Below, one piece after another: positions 10,242 to 20,349 of a DNA stretch of 52,036 bases; position 1 is the first letter of the stretch, and the number at the start of each line of letters is the position of its first letter. The translations under genes and the position numbers were made by a program. Under the pieces are notes generated by a model. That model made no database searches and was not told where the DNA came from. It saw only the letters and a list, made by a program, of their open reading frames with translations. The stretch lies in sequence record SRR31156797_7637, one strand, 5' to 3'.

Positions 10242-11453
10242 ATGTCGGAAAGACTTGAAGCCAAGTACGGGCTGCCTGAAGATGTGAAGTTTTGCAGCCG
10301 TTGCGTCATGTCCAATCAAAGGCCTGCCTCCGCGGTAGAGTTCAAGCACCATTTGGAAAGCAGGAAGGCTACGCTCAATATCGACGAAAATGGGGTATGT
10401 GACGCCTGTAGGCTTGCAGAGCAGAAGGAGCGGGAGATCGATTGGGAAGAAAGGGAAAAAGAATTGCTCGCGCTCCTGGACAAGTACCGTAGAGACGATG
10501 GAAATTATGACTGCGTTGTGCCGGGAAGCGGCGGCAAAGACAGCGCATTTCAGGCGCATGTTTTGAAATATAAGTATGGTATGCATCCCCTGACAGTCAC
10601 GTGGCCGCCCATTTCATATACTGAATATGGTTATCAGAACTTCAGAAACTGGATCGATATTGGTGGATTTGATAATATCAGCTTCAATCGGAATGGCAGG
10701 GTCATGCGGCTTCTGACGCGGTTGGCCATCATAAATCTGCTTCACCCGTTTCAGACATTTATCCTGGGACAGAAAAACCTGGCACCCAAAATTGCACTGA
10801 AATATGGTATACCCCTTATTTTTTATGGTGAAAGCGAAGCTGAATATGGGAACCCTATCGCTGAGAGTACCACTGCTCTAAGGCGGAAAGCGTATTATGC
10901 AATGAAAAACCTGGATGAGATATATCTGGCTGGCATAACCATCAAGGAGCTCCGGGAGAAATATAAGGTTGCGTTGAGTGATTTAATGACCTTTTTGCCC
11001 CCAACGTTTGATGATATGGAAAAATCAGACATTCAGGTGCATTATCTGGGTTATTACCTCAAATGGACACCCCAGGAAGCATATTACTATGCGGTTGAGA
11101 ATACGGGTTTTAAGGCGAGGCCTTTTCGAACCCAGGGGACCTATAGTAAGTATAATAGCATCGACGATAAAATTGATGATTTACATTATTACACCACCTA
11201 CATCAAGTTTGGGCTGGGGAGAGCATCCTATGACGCATCCCAGGAGATCAGGAATCGACATCTTAGCCGGGAAGAGGGGATTGCCCTTGTCAGACGCTTT
11301 GATGGCGAGTTTCCTGACCGCTATTTTGGAGAGATTATGGAATATCTTGAGATGGATCCAGACTATTTTATGGAACTCTGCGACCAATTCAGATCACCAC
11401 ATCTATGGAAAAGAGAGAATGGCGAATGGAAGCTGAGGCATGAAATTGAATAA
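10242..11453 (+). CDS. N-acetyl sugar amidotransferase (WbuX/PseA/PtmG-like, PP-loop)
   Basis: CxxC...CxxC N-terminus, YDCVVPGSGGKDS PP-loop, YGESEAEYG, KFGLGRA...EIR. Confidence 0.92.
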   Translation: MSERLEAKYGLPEDVKFCSRCVMSNQRPASAVEFKHHLESRKATLNIDENGVCDACRLAEQKEREIDWEEREKELLALLDKYRRDDGNYDCVVPGSGGKDSAFQAHVLKYKYGMHPLTVTWPPISYTEYGYQNFRNWIDIGGFDNISFNRNGRVMRLLTRLAIINLLHPFQTFILGQKNLAPKIALKYGIPLIFYGESEAEYGNPIAESTTALRRKAYYAMKNLDEIYLAGITIKELREKYKVALSDLMTFLPPTFDDMEKSDIQVHYLGYYLKWTPQEAYYYAVENTGFKARPFRTQGTYSKYNSIDDKIDDLHYYTTYIKFGLGRASYDASQEIRNRHLSREEGIALVRRFDGEFPDRYFGEIMEYLEMDPDYFMELCDQFRSPHLWKRENGEWKLRHEIE

Positions 11454-11488
11454 AGGTTTGAAATTAAGTATGTTAGGATTGAGACTTC

Positions 11489-12430
11489 ATGGCAATGACA
11501 TCAAATAGCGAAAAAGAAGCGGAAGCATTTGGGGTCCGTGCGAAAGAGCGGGTATTTGCAGGTCATGTACCTGACCTGCGCAGGGTGAAACCTTGTGACT
11601 GGTTTTACAACAATTCCTGGAGAAGACCCTACTTGGTGGACATGGAGTATGGGCGGAATTTGAGGTTTGCCATGCGGCACCTGAAAGGGCCAACAGTCTT
11701 GGAGATTGGGGCCGGGCTTGGGCACATGGCCCTTGAACTTGCACGCAATGGATTTCATGTAACAGGTCTTGAGTTGTCGGCTGATGCTGTGGAAATTGCA
11801 AGGAGCTTTGCTGAAGAAAATCCCTCTATAGAAAACTTTGGTGAACTTGAATATGTGGTAGGAGATTTTTTGTCATGGGAACCCCAGAAGAAATTTCACA
11901 ATATTTGCTTCTTTGGTGTACTCCACCATTTTGAGAATATTGATAGCGTTCTAAGAAAGGCAAAGGAACTGCTTTACCCTGACGGCCGAATTGTTGTTGT
12001 TGAACCCTTTCGTGATTCTTTCACAACAAAGGAAGCAGCGATAACATTGCTCATCAGATGTTTGTTGAGCACGAGTGATAAGTGGTACACAAGACTGGCG
12101 TTGCCTGGGGATTTTAAAGATATGGAGAATCAAGTCCAGGAAGTACTGCGGGAGTTTGTCGAAGCAAGAGACCTCTCAGAGTCGAGCCAGTCCCCAAACG
12201 ATAACTCAGCCTTCGGTGAGGAGATGTTAAAAGCGCTGCAGACACATTTTACCAAGATCTGTATGGAGCCGGGGTTTTCCTCCTTCTACCGAATTGGGGG
12301 AGGGATTAGAGCGCAATCGGAAGAGGATATCAGAAAAATTGCAGATTTCCTAAACCTGTTTGATAAATATGCTGTTTCAAGCGGGCTTATGAAAGCCAGC
12401 GAGTTCCTTTGGACGGGGAGAAACGGTTGA
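11489..12430 (+). CDS. class I SAM-dependent methyltransferase
   Basis: VLEIGAGLG motif I, GLELS, GVLHHF, LYPDGRIVVVEP. Confidence 0.85.
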   Translation: MAMTSNSEKEAEAFGVRAKERVFAGHVPDLRRVKPCDWFYNNSWRRPYLVDMEYGRNLRFAMRHLKGPTVLEIGAGLGHMALELARNGFHVTGLELSADAVEIARSFAEENPSIENFGELEYVVGDFLSWEPQKKFHNICFFGVLHHFENIDSVLRKAKELLYPDGRIVVVEPFRDSFTTKEAAITLLIRCLLSTSDKWYTRLALPGDFKDMENQVQEVLREFVEARDLSESSQSPNDNSAFGEEMLKALQTHFTKICMEPGFSSFYRIGGGIRAQSEEDIRKIADFLNLFDKYAVSSGLMKASEFLWTGRNG

Positions 12431-12468
12431 ACGGCTTTGTAGGGTCATCGATCATGGAAAAGTCTTAA

Positions 12469-14277
12469 ATGGGTAAAATGAAAGATCAGTCTTACAATTT
12501 GAGTTGTAACTCCTTGGTCAAACGGCATCTGGATAATCGCGGTATTGAATCACAGCTTTGGGAAGATCGCTTAGAAAATAGTGAGCTTTTTGGATTACAT
12601 AATGAACTCAGTATGCTCACACACAAATGGTATTTGGACAAGAATGAAGAAGATATTTCAGTGTTTGATGGATTCAGTATTGGTAACGCTATTGCAATAT
12701 ACGCTTACTGGGATCTGGAGAGCTGGGCTAGATTATTGTTTATTTTTGAAAAACTGGCTCAGGAAGGGGGTAGCCTTAATTTTCATGTTGCTTCTAAAAA
12801 CTATCTCCCTGAGCGGCTGTTAGCTTTTATCACAAGGATCAAAGCGGAATATGATTTTGATATCTCCCTCATCGAGCATAATATTTCAGGCAAATCAATT
12901 GAACTGGAACCAGGCTGGCTGTTGTCCTGCAATAGAAATCATACAGATCGAAATGTGAAACGAAGGAAATTAGTAAACTATTTAGCTGCCTTTACCGGAC
13001 ATCTTTCAAACGCCAAGGCTTGCAGAATAAGATGTTTCGTGCATGCGCCATCTGCTGGGTTTAATGAATATCTTGAGGCCCTTTATAGAGGGAAGCGTGA
13101 GAAACATATTAGGTTGTTTCACGACAATCATGGGGTTAGTGGCAGGATGTGGCTTTACGATTTACCGAGAGGAACTTTGGTCCAAATTCCTGCTTGGAAG
13201 TATAATGAGCCTACTCAAGATGAAATTTACCAATTAAGAAAGTACGCGAAAAGGGTAAGTGAGTTTTTGAAGCAAAATTCAGGATTATCTGATGTTTTGC
13301 TGCCATTGGGTAGTGAATTTTTTGAGAAGCATATTGTTGCGTATTTCAGGGATGCGGTACTTTGTCAAGCGCGTAAGTATCTATATTTAAAGAAGTTGTT
13401 TTTGAAGAACAAGATAAACGTTACCATCACTACAGGCGAAGCGAACCCTGAATCCTATATGTTCAAATATTGGATGGATAGAGCCGGTGGGACTAGTTTT
13501 TATTTGCCGCACGGAATTGTAAACAGATATCGGGAAGATACAAACTATTACTCTCTGGCGCATTATTTTTTTCAATATTCAGACTCTGAGATGAGGTCAT
13601 GGAGGCAAATCTATGGTATTGAGGGAAAAAGATTCCTGAAGGTTGGCTTCGGCAGTATCAATGGGAATGCAAAAGACTATCGTATGACCACAGGGAAGAG
13701 CGTTCGGATCTTGGTGCTGCAAGATGTTTTTAACCATTCATTGCTATCGAGAATTAACCTTTTTGATTACTATGAAAAACTAATTAAGGCGCTCTCAAAT
13801 ATAGGTGTTCCACAAATAGTTTTACGACCACATCCATTTTTTGAGGGTGAAGTTGTCGAAAAATTTATGAGAAGTATGGGGCTACTGCCGAATATAGTCT
13901 TGGAGGACCCGAGAAAGATTGGCCTATTGGAGTCTCTTAAAAGTAAAGATGTCATCATAGGGATGTATTCCACATGCCTCTACGAGGCCTTAATATCAAA
14001 GGTTTTCTATATCACATACGTTCCTAACTATGTGATGGATACAACAAGGGCGCTTTCGACTTTCTGGTTCCCGGAGTTGTATCCCACTCCGGTTGATACG
14101 CCCGAAGCTATTGTGGAGAGAATGAGGACATTTTTAAAACAGCCCCAGATTGAATATGATAAGTTCATGCATTCAATTGAAGAAATCGGGCTTTATAATT
14201 CGAATAAGGAAGAATTCTGGACTCAGATTTTTTCTATTAAGAACAATACGACGTTGACGAAGGCACGATACAATTAA
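12469..14277 (+). CDS. hypothetical protein; putative GT-B-fold CMP-ulosonate transferase
   Basis: 602-aa ORF; C-terminal half has YLPHG, VLRPHP and DVIIGMYSTCLYEAL motifs resembling sialyl/Kdo-transferase-like GT-B proteins. Confidence 0.55.
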   Translation: MGKMKDQSYNLSCNSLVKRHLDNRGIESQLWEDRLENSELFGLHNELSMLTHKWYLDKNEEDISVFDGFSIGNAIAIYAYWDLESWARLLFIFEKLAQEGGSLNFHVASKNYLPERLLAFITRIKAEYDFDISLIEHNISGKSIELEPGWLLSCNRNHTDRNVKRRKLVNYLAAFTGHLSNAKACRIRCFVHAPSAGFNEYLEALYRGKREKHIRLFHDNHGVSGRMWLYDLPRGTLVQIPAWKYNEPTQDEIYQLRKYAKRVSEFLKQNSGLSDVLLPLGSEFFEKHIVAYFRDAVLCQARKYLYLKKLFLKNKINVTITTGEANPESYMFKYWMDRAGGTSFYLPHGIVNRYREDTNYYSLAHYFFQYSDSEMRSWRQIYGIEGKRFLKVGFGSINGNAKDYRMTTGKSVRILVLQDVFNHSLLSRINLFDYYEKLIKALSNIGVPQIVLRPHPFFEGEVVEKFMRSMGLLPNIVLEDPRKIGLLESLKSKDVIIGMYSTCLYEALISKVFYITYVPNYVMDTTRALSTFWFPELYPTPVDTPEAIVERMRTFLKQPQIEYDKFMHSIEEIGLYNSNKEEFWTQIFSIKNNTTLTKARYN

Positions 14278-14308
14278 AGCTCCGGGCCCGTATTTGAGAA
14301 TTCCATAG

Positions 14309-15751
14309 TTGAAATCATATAAAGAGAAAGCCGTTCAGGCGGTTAAATGGTCTTCAGTTACTATTGTATTGGGAAGGTGTCTAGGAATTGCCTTTTCAAT
14401 CATCAAATACAGGCTTCTGAACCCGGAAGATTTCGGCGTAATGGCCTTGGTTACGGCTGTATTTTCTATCTTTAGAATGATTCAGACCATGGGTTTTGGT
14501 GCCGTGTTGGTTCAAAGGGAGGAAATTGATGATGTCTTGATTAGTTCGGTTTTTTGGTTGACAGTGATTATATCGTCCTTTGTTTCCGTTTTCCTGATAC
14601 TGTTTTCGGGAATGATAAGCAGGTTTTATGGGGAGCACCTGCTTATTTATTTTGTTCCCATTGCGGCAGCGCAATTTTTGTTTAGCTCATTTCTCGTGAT
14701 TCAGGATTCGTTATTTGCTCGAGGCTTGAGATTTAAGGAAAAGGGCTTGATTGCACTGTTCGCAGCCGTGGCAGGGAATATTATTGTCATCGTCCTTGCC
14801 TTTCTCGATTTTGGCCCCTGGAGTCTTCTGTATGGCCTAATAGCGACAACGCTGGTCAATTTTCTGATCAATCTAAAATATTTAAAATGGTGGCCTTCAT
14901 TGGGATTCAATTGGCGCCAGCTGAAGCCTTCTTTTGGATTTGGTTTGAGCATAACCCTGCGAAAAATTCTTGGACAAATAATCATCGCCGCGCCTCCTCT
15001 CGTAATTGGAAAATTGATGGGTACGGAAATCCTCGGCATATTTACTTTTGCCGGTCGGATTACCAAAATGCTTGTCGGGCAGGTTGACGCGCTTCTGTCC
15101 CAAGTGCTACTGCCGGTGTTTTCAAGGATTCAAAACGATAAAAAGCGATTGGTGAAAGGCTACTTGAAGGTAAATCACTACTGTTTCCTGGCCATAATGC
15201 CCATGGTGGCTGGTTACCTTTTGGTTGGAGGGGATTTTATAAGCCTTGTATACGGAAATAAGTGGCTTCCTGGGTTGCTCATATCCCAAATTCTTGTAAT
15301 CTCCTTCTGTCTTGAGTCGATATACTCAAGAGGTTCGAGCCTTATTACGGCTTTCGGACGTCCGGAGTTGCTGTTGCGCATCGAGCTCCACATGTTTTTG
15401 CCTTTCATCATCGCACTTCTTGGTTCAGCTTATTATGGGATTGTGCCTTTAGTTATTGTTTTAGCTGTTGGAAAGTTTTTGACGTGTGTTTTGGTGCAAA
15501 TGATATTAAAAAGGCTTATTGGACTCAACCATATTGAATTTTTGCTTTCTATTCTTAAGCCGCTTTTCGCCTCTATTTTTATGTGTTGTACCCTGTATGC
15601 CGCAAAACAGATTCTTAGTGACCAAGTTTTCAAGGGACAAATGCTTGTCTCAATGATCGTCATTGGCGGCATTTCGTATTCTGTTTCCCTATTCTTACTC
15701 GAGAAGGACGAGTTAATTCAGACTGGCAAATTGCTTTTTAGCAGAAAATGA
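14309..15751 (+). CDS. wzx: oligosaccharide flippase (PST/MOP family, WzxC-like)
   Basis: About 12-14 hydrophobic segments, RLLNPEDFG, VLLPVFSRIQND, YGNKW. Confidence 0.9.
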   Translation: MKSYKEKAVQAVKWSSVTIVLGRCLGIAFSIIKYRLLNPEDFGVMALVTAVFSIFRMIQTMGFGAVLVQREEIDDVLISSVFWLTVIISSFVSVFLILFSGMISRFYGEHLLIYFVPIAAAQFLFSSFLVIQDSLFARGLRFKEKGLIALFAAVAGNIIVIVLAFLDFGPWSLLYGLIATTLVNFLINLKYLKWWPSLGFNWRQLKPSFGFGLSITLRKILGQIIIAAPPLVIGKLMGTEILGIFTFAGRITKMLVGQVDALLSQVLLPVFSRIQNDKKRLVKGYLKVNHYCFLAIMPMVAGYLLVGGDFISLVYGNKWLPGLLISQILVISFCLESIYSRGSSLITAFGRPELLLRIELHMFLPFIIALLGSAYYGIVPLVIVLAVGKFLTCVLVQMILKRLIGLNHIEFLLSILKPLFASIFMCCTLYAAKQILSDQVFKGQMLVSMIVIGGISYSVSLFLLEKDELIQTGKLLFSRK

Positions 15752-17643
15752 ATCTTTGTATAGATCCAATACTAAAGGAAATACTTGGAACTCGTGGCGT
15801 CGAATGTGAGATTTTCGACTCTGTCCTTTCTTTTTCAGAGAAGCAGAAGATGCTTGAGAATCTTGAATCGTTCGCCTCAAATTGGTTTTTGATTTACGGA
15901 AGGGATATAACAGAGTACCGAGGCGTGTCCATCGGGGCAGCGATACATGACGATGTGTTGATTTTTCTCTACTTTTTCTGCCATATCTCTTCAATTATTG
16001 AAAAGGTTAAAAGGTCAAATATTGTTTTTTATCAGAGTATTTCTTGCCTGCTTCCAGAACCCGTAGCAAAATTTTTGAAAGAACTAGGGGTGAAAGTAGT
16101 GACAACGCGTGACAGATACCCCTACCCGTGTTTTCGCCAGGCATTTGTAAAAGAGGCTAACGCAAGGAAGACATATTCAGGCATTCGTTATCGGCGGTAC
16201 CTACCGAAGATGGGTTACGGGTCGATGATCAAAGGGAAACTGAGATCTCTATACACTACTCTGCTGTGTATTGCATTATATCTTATTTATAAGAAACGGC
16301 ATAGGACTATCTATTTTTGGCCCATTAGAAGGCTGATGCCAATTCTATCAGATTTGGTTAATGCTGATAAGAAGAGGGATTTTAATTTAGTTGTCCCCTT
16401 CCCTCAGATAATTCAAGGTGTACAAGGAGTCAACACCAAGGAGTGGACTCGACCACTCAAAATGCTCCTGGATCTAAGAAGATTGGCAAAAAGAGGAATT
16501 TTCGTCGGGTCCTTACTGAGTGGCCATATGAGAACCTTTAGCCGTTTTAGAAAGCCGTCTGCTTGTAAGGCCTTGAAATCTAGATACCTGAAAAACGAAT
16601 CAAAAATTGGGAAGTTTGTTAAGGATACCTTGGAATTTACTGATGGTGAGGTCCTTGAATCCTTTACCAGTGAACTGAGATCATTTTTTCTTTGTCATCT
16701 AAATGATTTTGTCCACGTAATCGAACTATCCTATCTGGAGTTCATGTTCTTTCGACCAGAAACTTATGTGGTTGAATTTGCAAATCCTTTCCTCTCGCAG
16801 GTCGTGGCAAGATACAATAAAAATATTTTCTTTACGCATGTCAGCAGATTTTTGAACAACCAATATTTTTGTGAGGATTTTTTCAGGAAAATAAATGGTA
16901 ATTTTCAAATATTGGTAACCTCGGAATTTGAGAATGAGCGCATTTTGAAGCAGGGATTTCAGAAAAAATCAATAATCGCTGCTAGTGAAAAATATTTTAA
17001 GGCGGCTTCATCACCATTTGGACACCGGAAAGAGCAAATTACCAATTACTTGAAAGGGAAACAGGTTCTCGTTATTCCCCCTCCTTTGAGAGTGCTTTGG
17101 GATTTTCGAATTTTCCTGTCTGGAGAATTTTTTGGAAAGTTTTTGCAAGATGTTATCTTGGCTCTTGATACTCTCTCGGTATCCAGAATTATAGTTAGGC
17201 CAAACCCTGGCCAAAACAGAGCAATTAATGATTTGGGCTTTATAGCAAACGATGTTTATAAGCTTCTTGTTAAAGATATCGAGCTGAAATGTAAAGTGCT
17301 AATTCGTGATAACGCAGCATCTGAAGATTTGCTTCGAGATTTGGATAGGTCGGCTTTGGTGATCGGTACTCTTTCAGCTGTTTCAATTGACAGTGCATTG
17401 GCTGGGTTGGATTATGTGGCCTATGATAATTCGGTAGTCCCTTTTCCTGAGTCAATGAACTTATCTATTTTTAGTGATGGAGGTCCAATTCCTGTAATAT
17501 CAAGCAAATACAAACTTATAGAATACTTGAGAAAATATGAGCCAAATAATGGCAGGAAAATAATCAATTTCATATCTCATTATGAGGCCGATTTTGATGT
17601 GTTAGATCAGAATTTCATTTTCAACTTGACAATGAAAAAATAG
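15748..17643 (+). CDS. hypothetical protein; putative GT-B-fold transferase, paralog of 12469..14277
   Basis: N-terminal motifs shared with the 12469 ORF; C-terminal IIVRPNP and LVIGTLSAVSIDSALAG. Confidence 0.5.
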   Translation: MNLCIDPILKEILGTRGVECEIFDSVLSFSEKQKMLENLESFASNWFLIYGRDITEYRGVSIGAAIHDDVLIFLYFFCHISSIIEKVKRSNIVFYQSISCLLPEPVAKFLKELGVKVVTTRDRYPYPCFRQAFVKEANARKTYSGIRYRRYLPKMGYGSMIKGKLRSLYTTLLCIALYLIYKKRHRTIYFWPIRRLMPILSDLVNADKKRDFNLVVPFPQIIQGVQGVNTKEWTRPLKMLLDLRRLAKRGIFVGSLLSGHMRTFSRFRKPSACKALKSRYLKNESKIGKFVKDTLEFTDGEVLESFTSELRSFFLCHLNDFVHVIELSYLEFMFFRPETYVVEFANPFLSQVVARYNKNIFFTHVSRFLNNQYFCEDFFRKINGNFQILVTSEFENERILKQGFQKKSIIAASEKYFKAASSPFGHRKEQITNYLKGKQVLVIPPPLRVLWDFRIFLSGEFFGKFLQDVILALDTLSVSRIIVRPNPGQNRAINDLGFIANDVYKLLVKDIELKCKVLIRDNAASEDLLRDLDRSALVIGTLSAVSIDSALAGLDYVAYDNSVVPFPESMNLSIFSDGGPIPVISSKYKLIEYLRKYEPNNGRKIINFISHYEADFDVLDQNFIFNLTMKK

Positions 17644-17907
17644 AAAAATGTTGCGGAATATACAAATAACGTTGTACTCTCGATATGAAGAAGGGTCTGT
17701 ATTTTCTCAAAGGCAATAGAATTATTCTCCATATTTTATTATCCCTGGTTATTGATTTACATTAGCAGTATTTATGGCTTCTATTAATTTTCTCGAAGGT
17801 GATAAAGACGTGAGCCAAAACTTGATATGTAGCTAAATGAAAGTTTACACATGTAGGTAGCGGTAAGTGAATAAGTTAACGGGGTAGTTTTAGCGGGAGT
17901 TCGTCAT

Positions 17908-18669
17908 TTGAAAATTGTTCGATACCAAAGCGGAAGTGATAGACCAGAATACGGTTGCGTTCAAGACCAAATGATTTTCAGTATTTGCGGAGAACCGCTT
18001 GGTGATTACAGCATTGGTAAGAAAGTGGGGCCGCTAGAAAGTGTGAAGCTCCTTTCGCCTTGCATACCTTCCAAAATAGTAGCTGTCGCAATTAATTTTC
18101 CGGGCATAGATGGATATCATCCTGATATGAGCGAACCGATGGTGTTTGTCAAGCCCGCAACAAGCGTTTGCGCACCTGGGGAAACTGTCACGAACCCCTT
18201 TCCAGGTTTGCCGATGTGGGGCGAGGCTGAATTGGGGGTTGTTGTTCGTGAGGTCCCTAAGAATGCAGATGAAAAGCAGGCAAGAAACGGTATTCTTGGT
18301 TTTACGATCGGCAATGATGCTACGGTGGAAAATATTGAAGGAAGAGACCATCATTTGGCGAGATCAAAGTGTCCCGATAAATTTTGCCCGCTTGGTCCCT
18401 GGATAGATACGGATTTCGATGCCTCCGATTGTTTAATAGAGGCAATACAAAACGGTGAAGTTATTAGAAGGGGTAGATCAAGTGAGCAGGTTTGGCAATG
18501 GCCGCGTATCATTTCCTGGCTTTCTACATGGATTACCCTAAAACCTTGGGATGTCGTGTTGACGGGCAACCCACCTGATACAGTTGGAATGCGGTATTTG
18601 GAGAATGGTGATATATACACTGCCAAAATTGAAGGGTTAGGAGAATTGACCAACAAGTTTTTAACATAA
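17908..18669 (+). CDS. fumarylacetoacetate hydrolase family protein
   Basis: PSKIVAV, EPMVFVKP, EAELGVV, GFTIGND, FCPLGPWI, DVVLTG; TTG start with GGGAG RBS. Confidence 0.88.
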   Translation: MKIVRYQSGSDRPEYGCVQDQMIFSICGEPLGDYSIGKKVGPLESVKLLSPCIPSKIVAVAINFPGIDGYHPDMSEPMVFVKPATSVCAPGETVTNPFPGLPMWGEAELGVVVREVPKNADEKQARNGILGFTIGNDATVENIEGRDHHLARSKCPDKFCPLGPWIDTDFDASDCLIEAIQNGEVIRRGRSSEQVWQWPRIISWLSTWITLKPWDVVLTGNPPDTVGMRYLENGDIYTAKIEGLGELTNKFLT

Positions 18670-18685
18670 TAATGGAAGAGAAAAA

Positions 18686-19537
18686 ATGTATGATTTTTAC
18701 TTAGGTTCGAAAGAGGATATTAATGATGATGAGATCAAGTACCTCATCTCCATCAAAAGAATGATGCCAAGATGGGTGAATTCACTTCCTGATTCCGAAT
18801 ACATGGCTCTTGCAAAGATTCTCGATGAACAGGGCAGTAATTTGGCCCCGGATGAGCATCCTGTTTTTGTTGAGACGGGTGCAGGTGCAAGCAGCCTTCT
18901 GTTTGCTTTCTACGCACTTAAATATGATGGACTTGCCTTTTCCTGGGACCTCAATGGTGAAAAGGGTTCTTTGGTCAGGACCATATGTAATGAAACCATT
19001 TGCAATCATTTCGGAAAACACATTGACAAGCATTGGAAACTCGTGGCTTTTGACAGCCTTTCCGAATACTTGGGCTTACCAATACTTACAGACCTGGTCT
19101 CTCATGTGGACGTTTTTTTTCACGACAGTGAACACGTATGGCGAACGATAAGAAAGGAGATCGAATGCGTTATGCCTCTTTTGCGGGATGGATCAGTCGT
19201 TGCACTCGACGATGCGAACCTCACCTTTTTACACACCAATTTGGGATATGTTAATACATTTCGAAAAAAGCTGGGCCTACAAATTGTATCTGAGCCATAC
19301 CAAAATACATGTGATCCGTTTTATATCGAGGCCGAAAGGCTTCTAAACTCCCATTGGGAAAGCGTGGAAAATTTGGCCGATGTTTATAAAGAAACCTATC
19401 TTGATGATCCGTATTACCGGTATTATAGCGCTGAATTTGGGATCAACAAGGGTACGGGTGCCGTGAGCGAACAGGGGCTTGAACATCGATTTGAAAGCTG
19501 GCGTGTATTTTCCAAAAAGAAACCAGGGAGGCGATAA
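18686..19537 (+). CDS. conserved hypothetical protein, methyltransferase-like (Methyltransf_24-type motifs)
   Basis: VETGAGASS (motif I-like), FFHDSEH, GSVVALDD. Confidence 0.55.
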   Translation: MYDFYLGSKEDINDDEIKYLISIKRMMPRWVNSLPDSEYMALAKILDEQGSNLAPDEHPVFVETGAGASSLLFAFYALKYDGLAFSWDLNGEKGSLVRTICNETICNHFGKHIDKHWKLVAFDSLSEYLGLPILTDLVSHVDVFFHDSEHVWRTIRKEIECVMPLLRDGSVVALDDANLTFLHTNLGYVNTFRKKLGLQIVSEPYQNTCDPFYIEAERLLNSHWESVENLADVYKETYLDDPYYRYYSAEFGINKGTGAVSEQGLEHRFESWRVFSKKKPGRR

Positions 19538-20299
19538 ATGCGAACTGTTATCGGGATACCCGCACGAATGGCATCAAGCAGATTCCCTGGCAAGCCATTA
19601 AAAGAGATTCTTGGTGTGTCGATGGTCGAACATGTTTATAAACGTTGTTCCCTGAGTAAATACGTAGAGGATGTTTTTGTTGCGACATGTGATGATGAAA
19701 TTCGGGAGTCAGTGAATGCATTTAATGGTACCGTAATTATGACGGATCCGGGAATTCCCCGACCCGGCCTCCGAGTCGCAGCGGCCTGTGAAACACTCGA
19801 TTTGGATGGCGATGATATCGTTGTTGTCGCCCAAGGCGATGAACCGCTTGTTCATCCGGATATGATAGATTTGGGTCTGAAGCCGTTAATTACTGAGAAA
19901 GACTTGATGACGACGAATCTCGTGGAGGAGATAGTCACAGATGAAGAATGGCGTGATCCGAATAATGTCAAGGTTGTTACCGACCTGCAAATGAACGCCA
20001 TATACATGTCTCGAAGTCCTATTCCATCTGCCGATCACGAAGAGGAGCGAGGCGAAAGACTGGTTCAATTGGGTATTATCTTTTTCCGATGGAGCTTTCT
20101 TAAAGAATTCAATGCGCTGGAACCTACTCCACTGGAAAAAGCTGAATCTATAGAAATGATAAGAGCCATTCAACATGGGTATAAGGTGAGAATGATAAAG
20201 TCTCCCTATATCAGTAAGGCTGTCGATACGCAGGATGATTTGCTGGCGGTTGAGGACTTAATGAAAAATGATCCTGTCTGGCCTTTGTACAGACCGTGA
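19538..20299 (+). CDS. KdsB-like 3-deoxy-ulosonate cytidylyltransferase
   Basis: IPARMASSRFPGKPL, QGDEP, DPNNVKVV, YMSRSPIP, LEKAESIEMIRA, VDT. Confidence 0.9.
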   Translation: MRTVIGIPARMASSRFPGKPLKEILGVSMVEHVYKRCSLSKYVEDVFVATCDDEIRESVNAFNGTVIMTDPGIPRPGLRVAAACETLDLDGDDIVVVAQGDEPLVHPDMIDLGLKPLITEKDLMTTNLVEEIVTDEEWRDPNNVKVVTDLQMNAIYMSRSPIPSADHEEERGERLVQLGIIFFRWSFLKEFNALEPTPLEKAESIEMIRAIQHGYKVRMIKSPYISKAVDTQDDLLAVEDLMKNDPVWPLYRP

Positions 20300-20349
20300 C
20301 TGTTTTAGAATCGCCTTGACCACGGGTCGGCGATCTTTGGAGGTAATGC

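Noticed and set aside
17644-17907. Internal promoter or ops/JUMPstart site (ttgata at about 17822; tagcggtaag at about 17857)
   Set aside because: The AT-rich gap plausibly holds a promoter, but there is no convincing -35/-10 pair and the ops match is imperfect
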